Shown here in pieces: positions 50,717 through 59,997 of a stretch of 64,000 nucleotides of DNA; position 1 is the stretch's first letter; the number at the start of each line of letters is the position of its first letter. The DNA comes from an uncultured virus (IMG/VR IMGVR_UViG_3300031774_002347) (taxonomy: Duplodnaviria > Heunggongvirae > Uroviricota > Caudoviricetes): IMG/VR virus record IMGVR_UViG_3300031774_002347. One strand, written 5' to 3'. Position numbers and translations under genes: made by a program. Under the pieces are notes generated by a model that was not told the DNA's origin, made no database searches, and was given only the letters and a program-made list of their open reading frames with translations.

Positions 50717-50923
50717 ATGCCTGGATTAGAAGAAATGCCAATACCAGATAATGGTAAAATAGAACAACCTAGCTATACAGAATTAGCAGATGGTGCAGAT
50801 GCAGTAACACCACAAACGGGTAAAAAGGGATTAGATACATTTGCTATACCAGATAATGGTAAAGCTAATACAACATTTGGAGATGGAACTGCAGGTTCTA
50901 ATCCAAACCCAATTGGTGGCTAA
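50717..50923 (+). CDS. Small Gly/Pro-rich protein with internal repeat
   Basis: 'GLEEMPIPDNGK' and 'GLDTFAIPDNGK'; AGGAG SD. Confidence 0.6.
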   Translation: MPGLEEMPIPDNGKIEQPSYTELADGADAVTPQTGKKGLDTFAIPDNGKANTTFGDGTAGSNPNPIGG

Positions 50924-52122
50924 TGCCTTCCAAATCAAAAGCCCAACAAAAATTTATGGGAATAGTTCACGCCTTTAATAAGGGTGAATTAAAAAGTTCA
51001 GAGGTTAGTAAACAAGTAAAAGATGTTGCTAAATCTATGAAGAAGAAAGATACAAAAGATTTTGCAAAAACAAAACACAAGGGATTACCTAATAAAGTGA
51101 CACAAGAATGGTTAAAGAAAACAATTAGAGAACTCGTAGATGAAGAGTTAAACCTTGAGGGTACTTGTGGGTATGGTGAAGATGGTGTCTTAGGTGATGA
51201 ACCTGCTGGTCCACATTTGTTGAAGAAAAAGAAAAACGAAAGTGCATCTGAAAAGAAAAAAATTCACGCATTAATGGTTAAACGAGGTGATAATCCTAAA
51301 GATGCTCAAGATTCTTTAGATAAAGTTTATGATTTTATAAAGAAAGCATATAGAAGAGCATCAGTTGCAAAGAAAGCAGAAATCGTTTCATCATTATCTA
51401 AATACGAATCTAAACAATTTAAAAAAGTAGTTGTATCAGAGGGTGTAAGAGCAACAAAAGCTTATAATCAATTCCAAAAATCTCGTATTAATTTCTTAGA
51501 GAGATGGGGTAAACTTAAAAAACAATTAAATACTTTAAAAACTGAATCACCTAATGATGAATATTTAAGATTAGAAAAACAATTATATAAATTTGAAACT
51601 TCATTCATAGAAAATTCAGCTAAGATGATGGGTTCTCTTTCAAAGATATCAAAGAGTAATTTAACGGAAAGTTATACTTCTAATATGATGAGAGATATTC
51701 GTAAAGGTGGAACTGCAGGACCTTGGACTATTATTGTAAGTAAAAACAATAGTATAAAGAGAACCACTATGGTGAAAAATTTAAAAGAAATCCCAGCATA
51801 TATGAGTGATATAAAGAAAAAATTTCCAAATCATAAGATTGGTATAGAGTCCAAAGGTGGTAAGATAGTTTACAGAGAATCCATAAATGAGGAAGTTACC
51901 AAATCAAAAGGTGTTCAAAAGATTTTTGATATACAAAAAAATGGTTATGGAAAACTTGGTGGTAGAACATTAGATAGTTTAAGTGCTGGATTATTCACAC
52001 AACTATATGATAAAGCCAGTGACCCAATAAAAGAAAAGATGAATAAACTAAACGAAAAAAGACTCTACATAGTAATTGGGAATATGTGGAAGAAGTTCGG
52101 TAAAAATGTGAGTTTAAGATAA
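50923..52122 (+). CDS. Multi-module probable internal head protein
   Basis: N-terminal 'PSKSKAQQKFMG..KDFAKTKHKGLP' module; junctions NLE, KNE, VSE, LTE, INE. Confidence 0.55.
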   Translation: MPSKSKAQQKFMGIVHAFNKGELKSSEVSKQVKDVAKSMKKKDTKDFAKTKHKGLPNKVTQEWLKKTIRELVDEELNLEGTCGYGEDGVLGDEPAGPHLLKKKKNESASEKKKIHALMVKRGDNPKDAQDSLDKVYDFIKKAYRRASVAKKAEIVSSLSKYESKQFKKVVVSEGVRATKAYNQFQKSRINFLERWGKLKKQLNTLKTESPNDEYLRLEKQLYKFETSFIENSAKMMGSLSKISKSNLTESYTSNMMRDIRKGGTAGPWTIIVSKNNSIKRTTMVKNLKEIPAYMSDIKKKFPNHKIGIESKGGKIVYRESINEEVTKSKGVQKIFDIQKNGYGKLGGRTLDSLSAGLFTQLYDKASDPIKEKMNKLNEKRLYIVIGNMWKKFGKNVSLR

Positions 52123-53111
52123 TGATAAAATTAAAAGATATAATCAAAGAATCAAAGGTATCGTATTTAACTGAGGCTTTTAAAAGTAAACTATTAAGAA
52201 AATTTTCTATGAATAATAGAGGTTCGTTAGATAGAGATTTATATAGTTACTTGGCAAAATTGGGTGTAGAAGCAAGTAAGATTGAAGATGGTCAAATTAC
52301 AAAACAATCTAAATTACCTGGTAAGGGTGTTGCAATTGCAGTAGCAAGTAAGAAAGTAACTCTTCGAGCAAAAGGTAATAGATATTGGGAATCTAATTTA
52401 GAAATAGATAAGGGAACAATTGTAAGTGTATTCAAAGATGGTAAATCATTATGGTACACAAAATCTTGGAGAAGTAAAGATATTCAAGTAAAAAATCCTA
52501 CAGCGTATGGTTCTGAAGATATGAAAACATTCGGTTTAAATAAATACGGATGGCAAAGTCCAGCATCAGTTAAAAAAATAGATGGTATTGAATTTTATAA
52601 AATCTCACTTGAGGAAGATATGCCTTATATGGGTGCTTCAAAATTAAGAAAATTAAGGTCAAGTGTTAAAGATGGTTCTTGGGAATGGAGAACTGATAAA
52701 GATTTCCAATATGAAAACGAAAGAAGATATGAAGATGCATTAAAGAATATCTACAATGACCCAGCAAAAGTAAAAAGTGTAATTATGAAAACAAAAGATT
52801 ATGCTAATAAACTAATTGTTGGATTAGTAGGTGGTAAACCAAATACACATTCTGATAAAATAATGGCTGGTAAAAAGTTAGACCCTACCAACGAGGGTGA
52901 TGTAATGAGAGCATTAAGTGATATCACAACCGCTATGAATAAGTTTTATGAAAAGATAGATTCTTATCATATGGATTTAAAAAGAGATATAGAAGATAAA
53001 AAAAGAAATCCTGATAATCCATATATGGGATTCAACGCACAAAGAGTAGGAAAACAAATTGGTAGTATGTCCAATACTATTACTTCAGGTGCATTTGCAA
53101 GAATTTGGTAA
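52122..53111 (+). CDS. Probable internal head protein with MIKLKDIIKE leader
   Basis: Shared N-terminal peptide; second site LTE. Confidence 0.55.
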   Translation: MIKLKDIIKESKVSYLTEAFKSKLLRKFSMNNRGSLDRDLYSYLAKLGVEASKIEDGQITKQSKLPGKGVAIAVASKKVTLRAKGNRYWESNLEIDKGTIVSVFKDGKSLWYTKSWRSKDIQVKNPTAYGSEDMKTFGLNKYGWQSPASVKKIDGIEFYKISLEEDMPYMGASKLRKLRSSVKDGSWEWRTDKDFQYENERRYEDALKNIYNDPAKVKSVIMKTKDYANKLIVGLVGGKPNTHSDKIMAGKKLDPTNEGDVMRALSDITTAMNKFYEKIDSYHMDLKRDIEDKKRNPDNPYMGFNAQRVGKQIGSMSNTITSGAFARIW

Positions 53112-53112
53112 A

Positions 53113-53667
53113 ATGATTAAGTTAAAGGATTTAATAGTAGAGATTGTATTTCCAGATGACTTTATGAAAGAAATAAAGAGAGCTGAAAAAGCAACTGGTA
53201 AAAAATTTAAAGTACCATCAAGTACAAAAAAACTTTGTATGATGGCAAAAAAGGATGGTTTTCATAAAATAGATTATACTGGTAAACCAGGTAAGGCAAG
53301 AAAACCAGATTCATTAATGTATCAAGGGTATGCATTTATAATGGGATGGGGACATACCAAGTACAAGAACCCGTGGGATTGGAGAAGTGATAGAAGCCAA
53401 CCAGTTCTACAGAACATTCAAAACTCAAGTATTTATACGAGTTTGTTTGATTATGATTTTTTACAATATCATGTCACTACAGATTTACAAGCATCACAAG
53501 TGGTTGCTAATATCAGACCTGGTTCAAAAGATGAAGAACCAGCATACTATTTAGTTAAGGATTATTTAAATAGTTTTGGTACTCGTGGTAAGAGTCGTAG
53601 AGATGAAGAGATATTGATTAATAAAGTAGATTGGTGGTTAAAGAAAAACAAAGTAGAAACACGATGA
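53113..53667 (+). CDS. Probable internal head protein with MIKLKDLIVE leader
   Basis: ATG 53113; shared N-terminal peptide. Confidence 0.55.
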   Translation: MIKLKDLIVEIVFPDDFMKEIKRAEKATGKKFKVPSSTKKLCMMAKKDGFHKIDYTGKPGKARKPDSLMYQGYAFIMGWGHTKYKNPWDWRSDRSQPVLQNIQNSSIYTSLFDYDFLQYHVTTDLQASQVVANIRPGSKDEEPAYYLVKDYLNSFGTRGKSRRDEEILINKVDWWLKKNKVETR

Positions 53668-54362
53668 TTAAGTTAAAAGATTTAATAAAAGAGGATTGTG
53701 GATGTGGTTGCGGTGGTTGTGAAACTAACCTAAACGAAAGTGTAACCAATATAGATTTACCACAAGGAATGGAGATGGGTAAAATCTTCACAGGTGGTGG
53801 TTTTGCGTTTAAACCAGAGAACTTAGATAAAGAACAAGTTAATGAATTTTCTATGAACCCATCAGCAGTTAAAAAGATGAGAGATGAATTTAAAAAGACA
53901 GGTGAATTACCACCACACTTAAAGAAGTTTGCAAAAGATTTAAAGAAATTTAAGGTAAAACACAAAGTAAAAAATATTGTTGTACCTGGTTTAGAGTGGA
54001 TGTCCGATATAAAAGAGGATGAACAAGAAGAGAACGATTATCTTGGTAAAGATTATATTAAAAACGAATCTCTTTATAATGTAACTCAAGATATGAAAGA
54101 TGGAAAGTTCGATGTTAAGAATCCACAAGTACAAATATCAGGATATGGTGTAACAAATTTAAAGACATTACAAGATAGTTTATCACGAAAGTTTACAGAT
54201 TTAGCTAAAAAAGCCAAAAAGGGTGATGTTGAAAATATCGAATACATATTGAAAAAGAATGGAGTTCTTATGGGATTTGTTGAAGCGTTAGTTAATGCAA
54301 ACAAAGAATTATCATCTTCAACAATGAAAAGAAAAATTACTATGTATAAGAGGAAAAGATAG
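53664..54362 (+). CDS. Probable internal head protein with MIKLKDLIKE leader
   Basis: ATG 53664; 'CGCGCGGC' then LNE, VNE, IKE and KNE junctions. Confidence 0.55.
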   Translation: MIKLKDLIKEDCGCGCGGCETNLNESVTNIDLPQGMEMGKIFTGGGFAFKPENLDKEQVNEFSMNPSAVKKMRDEFKKTGELPPHLKKFAKDLKKFKVKHKVKNIVVPGLEWMSDIKEDEQEENDYLGKDYIKNESLYNVTQDMKDGKFDVKNPQVQISGYGVTNLKTLQDSLSRKFTDLAKKAKKGDVENIEYILKKNGVLMGFVEALVNANKELSSSTMKRKITMYKRKR

Positions 54363-54781
54363 TGAATAACAAGATGTGGAATCAATGGAAAGATTGGAGA
54401 CTTGAAGAACAAGATGTAGATACTCTTGATGAATTAGTACAAGTATTAGTAGAGTTAGATGGATATACAGGTCCTAAACCAAAGGGAAAGTTTAATCCAG
54501 CAATGATGAAGTATTCTAATCGAGAAGCTAAAAGATTTGCAGAAGATGATGTAAAACAAATGGGAAAAGAATTAAATAAGGCTTCACAAAAATCAATCAA
54601 GATAATGTTGGGTAGTGTTAAAAATGGTAAGTATGATGCTATGGATATAATTCGTGCAATTAAATCGGGTGGTAGTAGAGCAGGAGATACAAGTGCAGGA
54701 GTACCTGAGATGTTGAATGTTTTGTGGAGTAAAGTAGAAAAAAGATTTCGTAAATATTTAGGCGGTAAAAAGCGAAGATAG
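54362..54781 (+). CDS. Hypothetical (probable internal head) protein
   Basis: GTG start coupled to upstream stop; LEE, LDE and LVE in the N-terminus. Confidence 0.5.
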   Translation: MNNKMWNQWKDWRLEEQDVDTLDELVQVLVELDGYTGPKPKGKFNPAMMKYSNREAKRFAEDDVKQMGKELNKASQKSIKIMLGSVKNGKYDAMDIIRAIKSGGSRAGDTSAGVPEMLNVLWSKVEKRFRKYLGGKKRR

Positions 54782-54782
54782 T

Positions 54783-54793
54783 GATATTTATTA
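54783..54793 (+). promoter_or_regulatory. Recurrent motif GATATTTATTA (putative late promoter)
   Basis: Upstream of AGGAG SD and ATG 54812. Confidence 0.55.
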
Positions 54794-54811
54794 CCGACAA
54801 AGGAGAATGTA

Positions 54812-55510
54812 ATGGCCAAATTAAAAGATATAATTAAAGAAAATTTCTCACTCGTGGGTGGGGTAGTTTCTACACCAGCAATTGGTAGAGGAACAAACAC
54901 AGGTTTAACTGATATTGTAGAAGATATCTATGGACAATCTGAAAAGGTTTCTGCTAAACAAGTGCAGGAATCAATGAAACAATTTACTGAGTTCGGAAAG
55001 ATATTCAGTAATCCAAACAATTTAAAGGAAGTTGCTGAAAAACTTTCAGAGATTGCAACTAATGCAAAATCTTACACATTAAGTGAAACTGATGATTGGT
55101 TTGATAAGGTTACTATCAATCGTAATATGAAAGAGTTAACAAACCTTTCAAAACAATTTGGTAAAATTGCAAAAGAATCTAATTCCCTACAACAAAGAAT
55201 GGGTGGATTGTACGAGGATATGGGACATGTTCTTGGTAGATACTTCGAGATAGATGGTAGTGATGAAAAGCATGTACCAGGTCACGAAAGAGATATGGAA
55301 AAACAAGCAGACCAAGAAGATGCTATGATTAGAAAAGGTTTGAAAAATGTAAAAGGCTCTGATATTAATGAGGGTGATTACGAAGCATTCTTCAAATCAG
55401 CAATGAAAAAATTTGGTATATCATCACCAGATGAATTAGAAGATGATAAAAAGAAAGAGTTCTTTAATTACATAGATAAGAACTATTCTGGTGAAAACGA
55501 AACTGATTAA
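54812..55510 (+). CDS. Probable head core/internal protein with MAKLKDIIKE leader
   Basis: Shared leader; C-terminal 'INE|GDYEAFFKSAMKKFGISSPDEL..KKKEFFNYIDK' module. Confidence 0.55.
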   Translation: MAKLKDIIKENFSLVGGVVSTPAIGRGTNTGLTDIVEDIYGQSEKVSAKQVQESMKQFTEFGKIFSNPNNLKEVAEKLSEIATNAKSYTLSETDDWFDKVTINRNMKELTNLSKQFGKIAKESNSLQQRMGGLYEDMGHVLGRYFEIDGSDEKHVPGHERDMEKQADQEDAMIRKGLKNVKGSDINEGDYEAFFKSAMKKFGISSPDELEDDKKKEFFNYIDKNYSGENETD

Positions 55511-55525
55511 CAAGTAGAGGTTTAT

Positions 55526-55723
55526 TTGATAAAAGTAGAAGTCCGAAAAGGACAATCGATAGAAAAAGCTATTTCTATCTTTAAGAAAAAAGTAAAACAA
55601 AGTGGGATGATGTTAGAATTAAGAGAAAGGTCATTCTATAGAAAAAAATCTGATTTACTTAGAGAGAAAAAGAAAAAAGCTATTCTACGAAACAAGTACA
55701 AAGTTTTAAAAGAAAAAGATTAA
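55526..55723 (+). CDS. rpsU: Phage-encoded ribosomal protein bS21
   Basis: 'V.VR.GQSIEKAI..FKKKV..SG...ELRER.FY.K.S..R.KKK.A' bS21 pattern; TTG start with GAGG SD. Confidence 0.85.
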   Translation: MIKVEVRKGQSIEKAISIFKKKVKQSGMMLELRERSFYRKKSDLLREKKKKAILRNKYKVLKEKD

Positions 55724-55764
55724 CAAATAAATACACACTTTATGTGCATCTTTTTCAGTTTTTA

Positions 55765-55774
55765 TATATTTATA
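55765..55774 (+). promoter_or_regulatory. Recurrent motif TATATTTATA (putative late promoter for scaffold/MCP)
   Basis: Lies upstream of the structured leader. Confidence 0.55.
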
Positions 55775-55784
55775 TAAAACTAAA

Positions 55785-55881
55785 TACACTCTCGTATTAT
55801 TCAATACATCATAGAGTGTACCTGATTAAAACTAATCATATTATTGTTCCTAATAACAATACTGAAATCCAATTTATGGAG
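55785..55881 (+). ncRNA. Candidate structured 5' leader (four consecutive hairpins)
   Basis: TACACTCT/AGAGTGTA with inner GTATT/AATAC; TGATTA/TAATCA; TATTGTT/AACAATA; TCCA/TGGA overlapping the GGAG SD. Confidence 0.55.
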
Positions 55882-55888
55882 AAATATA

Positions 55889-57013
55889 ATGGATGATTTA
55901 CTAAAAGACGCTATCGCAGATGCAAAAGCAGTCCGTGAGACAGCTTTAGCAAACGCAAAGATGGCACTTGAAGAAGCATTCACACCACAACTAAAATCAA
56001 TGTTGTCTAAAAAGATTCAACACGAGATTGAAGATGAAGATGAAGTAGCAGCTGATGAAGCTGAGATGGAAGAATCATACGACGAGAACGAAGTTGAAGA
56101 TGGAGCTGAAGAAGCACCTGCTGATGACCAACACGCTGATGAAACTGCTAAAGTAGACGAGGGCGAAGGCGAAGACCACGACGAAGACGAAAAAGTAGAT
56201 GAAGGCGAAGGCGAAGACCACGATGAAGAAGAAGCTATGGATGAAGTAGCTGATGAATCTGAAGAGGATGAAATCGAAGAATCAGAAGAAGCTGACGAAG
56301 ACGACGACCTTGATTTAGAATCAATTCTAGCTGAGTTAGAAAGTGATATCAACGAAGAAGAAGAAGAAGATAAAGTCGAAGAGGACTTAGAAGATGCTTC
56401 TGAAATCGGTGATGGAGATAACGAAGTTGATGAAGATTCAAACGATTCATCTGAAATCGGAAAAGGTTCTGAAGAACCATCTGATGCATCAGAAGAAGAT
56501 GCTGGAGACGAGGGTGAGGAAGAAACCGCACCTGATGCTGAACAGCACGCTGACGAAGATGCTAAAGTTGATGAGGACATCGATTTAGAAGAAGTTCTTA
56601 AAGCTTTATCAGAAGAAGAAGATGAAGAAGATTCAGTTGAGGAAGTGAAAACACTTCAAAAAGAGATTAAGGAACATAGAGATGTTGTAAAATATCTTCG
56701 TTCAAAACTAAATGAAGTTAACTTATTAAATGCGAAACTATTGTTTTCAAACAAACTTTTCCGTGCGTTTGGTTTAACCAACGAACAGAAAATGAAAGTT
56801 GTTGAAACTTTTGATAGAGCAGCAAATCTTAGAGAGATTAAACTTGTGTATTCTACACTTGCAGAATCTTTCCAAGGTCGTAAAGCTCAACCTATTAAGG
56901 AATCAAAAGGTTCAAGTTCGAAAGCAGTTGCTTCAACAAAACCATCTAAAGATGTAATATCTGAAGGCGGGGAATTGAAGAGTCGTTTTCAAAAGTTAGC
57001 TAATATACTTTAA
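55889..57013 (+). CDS. Prohead scaffolding protein (acidic)
   Basis: Very Asp/Glu-rich, coiled-coil C-terminus ending 'RFQKLANI', directly before MCP. Confidence 0.8.
   Translation: MDDLLKDAIADAKAVRETALANAKMALEEAFTPQLKSMLSKKIQHEIEDEDEVAADEAEMEESYDENEVEDGAEEAPADDQHADETAKVDEGEGEDHDEDEKVDEGEGEDHDEEEAMDEVADESEEDEIEESEEADEDDDLDLESILAELESDINEEEEEDKVEEDLEDASEIGDGDNEVDEDSNDSSEIGKGSEEPSDASEEDAGDEGEEETAPDAEQHADEDAKVDEDIDLEEVLKALSEEEDEEDSVEEVKTLQKEIKEHRDVVKYLRSKLNEVNLLNAKLLFSNKLFRAFGLTNEQKMKVVETFDRAANLREIKLVYSTLAESFQGRKAQPIKESKGSSSKAVASTKPSKDVISEGGELKSRFQKLANIL
56150..56233 (+). repeat. 42-bp in-frame tandem duplication in the scaffold gene
   Basis: KVDEGEGEDHDE occurs twice. Confidence 0.8.
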
Positions 57014-57039
57014 TATTAAATTACTATTAGGAGACTATA

Positions 57040-58692
57040 ATGAGTAATAAATTAAATTCAATAGAAAGCTTGATGGATGGTTATAATCCACAACGCCAAC
57101 TATTGGAACAAACTCGCAAATTAGTCAAGAAATGGGAGCCAACAGGACTTTTAGAAGGTCTTGGTGCTGAACACGAAACTAACGGAATGGCCGTTCTACT
57201 TGAGAATCAAGCCCGTCAATTAATTGACGAAGCTTCAAGAACAGGTGGACAAAATTCTGAAGAGTGGAGTGGAGTTGCTCTACCATTGGTTCGAAGAATC
57301 TTTGGTGAGTTAGCAGCACAAGAGTTCGTAAGTGTTCAACCTATGAACTTACCTTCAGGTCTTATTTTCTATCTTGACTTTAAGTATGGAACTGCACAAA
57401 CAGATAACCATACAAACAACGCTGATGTTTATGGTAATACATCAGGTTCGAATGTTGATGCAACTGGCGGTTTATATGGTGCTGGTAAATTTGGATATTC
57501 AATCAACGATACCGACTCAGCTGCACAAACTGCAGCCGCAGCTTTATCAAGTGGTAACTTTACTACTGGTTCAGTTGTATGGGAAGATGTTGATTTTGAA
57601 CCAGACTTATCTGCTTCAGTAGCAACTGGTCACGATGCTGATAACGGTCTATGTAAAGTTACTATCCACACAGGTGGAATTGGTGATTTTGACCCAGACG
57701 GTGTTAGAGCATTCACAATTAGTGGTTCTGGCTTTGATGAAATATTCCCAGCCTACACTAAATATGATAGTTCTACAGATTCAATTGCATTTATCGTAAG
57801 AAAAGATACCGCATCTGCTGTTGCAGCTGTAGTTGCTTCTTATCATAAAGTAAAAGGACAGAACTATGATAGAACTGATTTCGAAGCTAGTGCAGCAAAT
57901 ATCGATGCAAACCCAGAGGGTGATATTGATATTCCTGAATTAGATATTGCGTTAAAGAGTATTCCGATAATCGCGAAAACTCGTAAGTTAAAAGCAGTCT
58001 GGACACCAGAACTTGCTCAAGACTTGAACGCTTATCATTCAGTCGATGCTGAAGCTGAATTAACAGCACTATTAAGTGAGTACATCTCAATGGAAATTGA
58101 TTTAGAAATTCTTGATATGTTGTTTGCTAACGCTTCTGCAAAATCAGAAAAATGGTCAGCAAAAGTTGGAAACGAATACAATTCTGCAACTAAACTTTTT
58201 GAAGAAACAGCTGCTAATGCATCTGCTTACACGAAAGGAACTTGGTTCCAGACTCTTGGTAACAAGATACAAGCCGTTTCTAATGCAATTCATCAGAAAA
58301 CTCTAAGAGGAGGAGCAAACTTCATCGTGGTATCACCTGAAACTGCTACTATAATCGAGAGTATTCCTGGATATGCTGCTGATACAAATGGTGATGCAAC
58401 CAATTCATCATTCGCAATGGGCGTACAGAAAGTTGGGGCACTTAATAACAGATATACTGTCTATAAGAACCCTTACATGCTAGAGAACAAAATCCTTGTT
58501 GGTTTCAGAGGAAGTAATTTCCTTGAAACTGGTGCGGTTTATGCTCCGTATGTTCCGTTAATTATGACACCACTTGTTTATGACCCGAAGAACTTTACTC
58601 CGCGTAAAGGGGTGATGACTCGTTACGCTAAGAAAATGGTTAGACCAGAGTACTACGGAACAGTCACAGTCGGTGATGTAAACTTAGTTTAA
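57040..58692 (+). CDS. Major capsid protein (T4 gp23-like)
   Basis: 'LVKKW', 'LLENQ', 'VSVQPMNLPSGLIFYL', 'AKTRKLKAVWTPELAQDL', 'YAPYVPL', 'GVMTRY'. Confidence 0.95.
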   Translation: MSNKLNSIESLMDGYNPQRQLLEQTRKLVKKWEPTGLLEGLGAEHETNGMAVLLENQARQLIDEASRTGGQNSEEWSGVALPLVRRIFGELAAQEFVSVQPMNLPSGLIFYLDFKYGTAQTDNHTNNADVYGNTSGSNVDATGGLYGAGKFGYSINDTDSAAQTAAAALSSGNFTTGSVVWEDVDFEPDLSASVATGHDADNGLCKVTIHTGGIGDFDPDGVRAFTISGSGFDEIFPAYTKYDSSTDSIAFIVRKDTASAVAAVVASYHKVKGQNYDRTDFEASAANIDANPEGDIDIPELDIALKSIPIIAKTRKLKAVWTPELAQDLNAYHSVDAEAELTALLSEYISMEIDLEILDMLFANASAKSEKWSAKVGNEYNSATKLFEETAANASAYTKGTWFQTLGNKIQAVSNAIHQKTLRGGANFIVVSPETATIIESIPGYAADTNGDATNSSFAMGVQKVGALNNRYTVYKNPYMLENKILVGFRGSNFLETGAVYAPYVPLIMTPLVYDPKNFTPRKGVMTRYAKKMVRPEYYGTVTVGDVNLV

Positions 58693-58752
58693 TTAATTTT
58701 TTAATTAGATTAAAGTCATAAGTGGTGATTTTTAATTACCACACGATTAAGT

Positions 58753-58784
58753 AAAAGGGGATGTTTTTCATCCCCTTTTTCTTT
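58753..58784 (+). terminator. Rho-independent terminator after MCP
   Basis: AAAAGGGGATG-TTTTT-CATCCCCTTTT stem followed by T-rich tail. Confidence 0.85.
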
Positions 58785-58789
58785 GCGTT

Positions 58790-58800
58790 GATATTTATTA
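58790..58800 (+). promoter_or_regulatory. Recurrent motif GATATTTATTA (putative late promoter)
   Basis: Directly after the terminator and upstream of the neck gene. Confidence 0.6.
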
Positions 58801-58835
58801 TTGGAATGTTCTAAACTCATAATAGGAGAATTTAT

Positions 58836-59993
58836 ATGGCTCAAGAACCGATATGGCCAGGAAGTGGTTCGGCAGTAAGTGAATCAACACCTTTTGGATT
58901 TTATGATGATGATTCAGATTTTCAAACAGATGCACCAAAGTTTGCATCTTGGTGTGCGAAACGACTAGGATACCCAATAACAAGTGTAGAATTACAAGAT
59001 TCACAATTTTATGCGTGTTTTGAGGAAAGTATTACAGAATACTCTGCCCAAGTAAACCAATTTAATATCAAAGATAATTTATTAAGTTTAAAAGGACAAT
59101 CGACTGGTTCTAATTTAACACATAAAAGACTCTCAAATACTATGGGAGAACAGATATTTTTATCAGAAACCTACGGAACAGAAGCAGGAGTAGGTGGACA
59201 AGTTGAAACAAAGAAATCTTCAATCACAATACATAGTGGTTCACAAGATTATGATTTGAATGCGTTAATTGCAGACCCAAGTGCGAGTGGTGCAATAGAG
59301 GTTACTAAGGTATTTTATGAAGCTCCACCTGCAATTACGAGATACTTCGACCCGTATGCTGGAACTGGTCAACAAACAAATAATATGTTAGATGCATTTG
59401 GATTTGGTGGTTCATCACCAGCAATTACATTTGTTTTACAACCAGTATATGCTGATTTACTTAGAGTACAAGCAATTGAATTTAATGACCAAATAAGAAA
59501 ATCTGCATATTCATTTAATATTGTGAATAATAATTTAAAAATATTTCCAAGAATTACTTCAAATACAAGTCAATCTTTATGGATAGAATGGAAAGAAGTA
59601 ACTGATAGAGATAATGTATTAAGAACGAGGTATAGTGGTTCTGCAGATGTAGTATCTGATATCAGTAATGCACCATACGATAATATGAAATACACAAGTA
59701 TTAACGATGTTGGTAAACAATGGGTTAGAAAGTATGGATTGGCGTTAACAAAAGAGTTATTAGGTATGGTTCGTAGTAAGTATGGAACAATTCCTATTCC
59801 AGGTTCAGAAGTTTCACTCGATGGAGATACATTGAGGGCAGAAGCAACTGCTGAAAAAGAACAATTGGTAGAACAATTAAGAGAAATATTAGACCAAACA
59901 AGTAATAGGGCACTTATGGAAGCTGATAGAGAAGCATCCGATAACTTACAAGAGAAGTTAAAGAAAGTACCTTATCCAATATACATAGGATAA
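58836..59993 (+). CDS. Neck/head-tail adaptor protein (T4 gp13-like)
   Basis: 'RLGYP..VEL...Q..C', 'WVRKY.LAL.KE.LG.VRSKY...LDG..L..EA'. Confidence 0.8.
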   Translation: MAQEPIWPGSGSAVSESTPFGFYDDDSDFQTDAPKFASWCAKRLGYPITSVELQDSQFYACFEESITEYSAQVNQFNIKDNLLSLKGQSTGSNLTHKRLSNTMGEQIFLSETYGTEAGVGGQVETKKSSITIHSGSQDYDLNALIADPSASGAIEVTKVFYEAPPAITRYFDPYAGTGQQTNNMLDAFGFGGSSPAITFVLQPVYADLLRVQAIEFNDQIRKSAYSFNIVNNNLKIFPRITSNTSQSLWIEWKEVTDRDNVLRTRYSGSADVVSDISNAPYDNMKYTSINDVGKQWVRKYGLALTKELLGMVRSKYGTIPIPGSEVSLDGDTLRAEATAEKEQLVEQLREILDQTSNRALMEADREASDNLQEKLKKVPYPIYIG

Positions 59994-59997
59994 TCAA

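Noticed and set aside
56017..56580. 187-aa poly-Ser ORF on the minus strand
   Set aside because: It is the antisense shadow of the GAA/GAT-rich acidic scaffold gene.
58690..58745. Extra hairpins after MCP (e.g. GTGGTGATT/AATTACCAC) as a separate ncRNA
   Set aside because: Short and adjacent to the terminator; most simply a 3' UTR stabilising structure.
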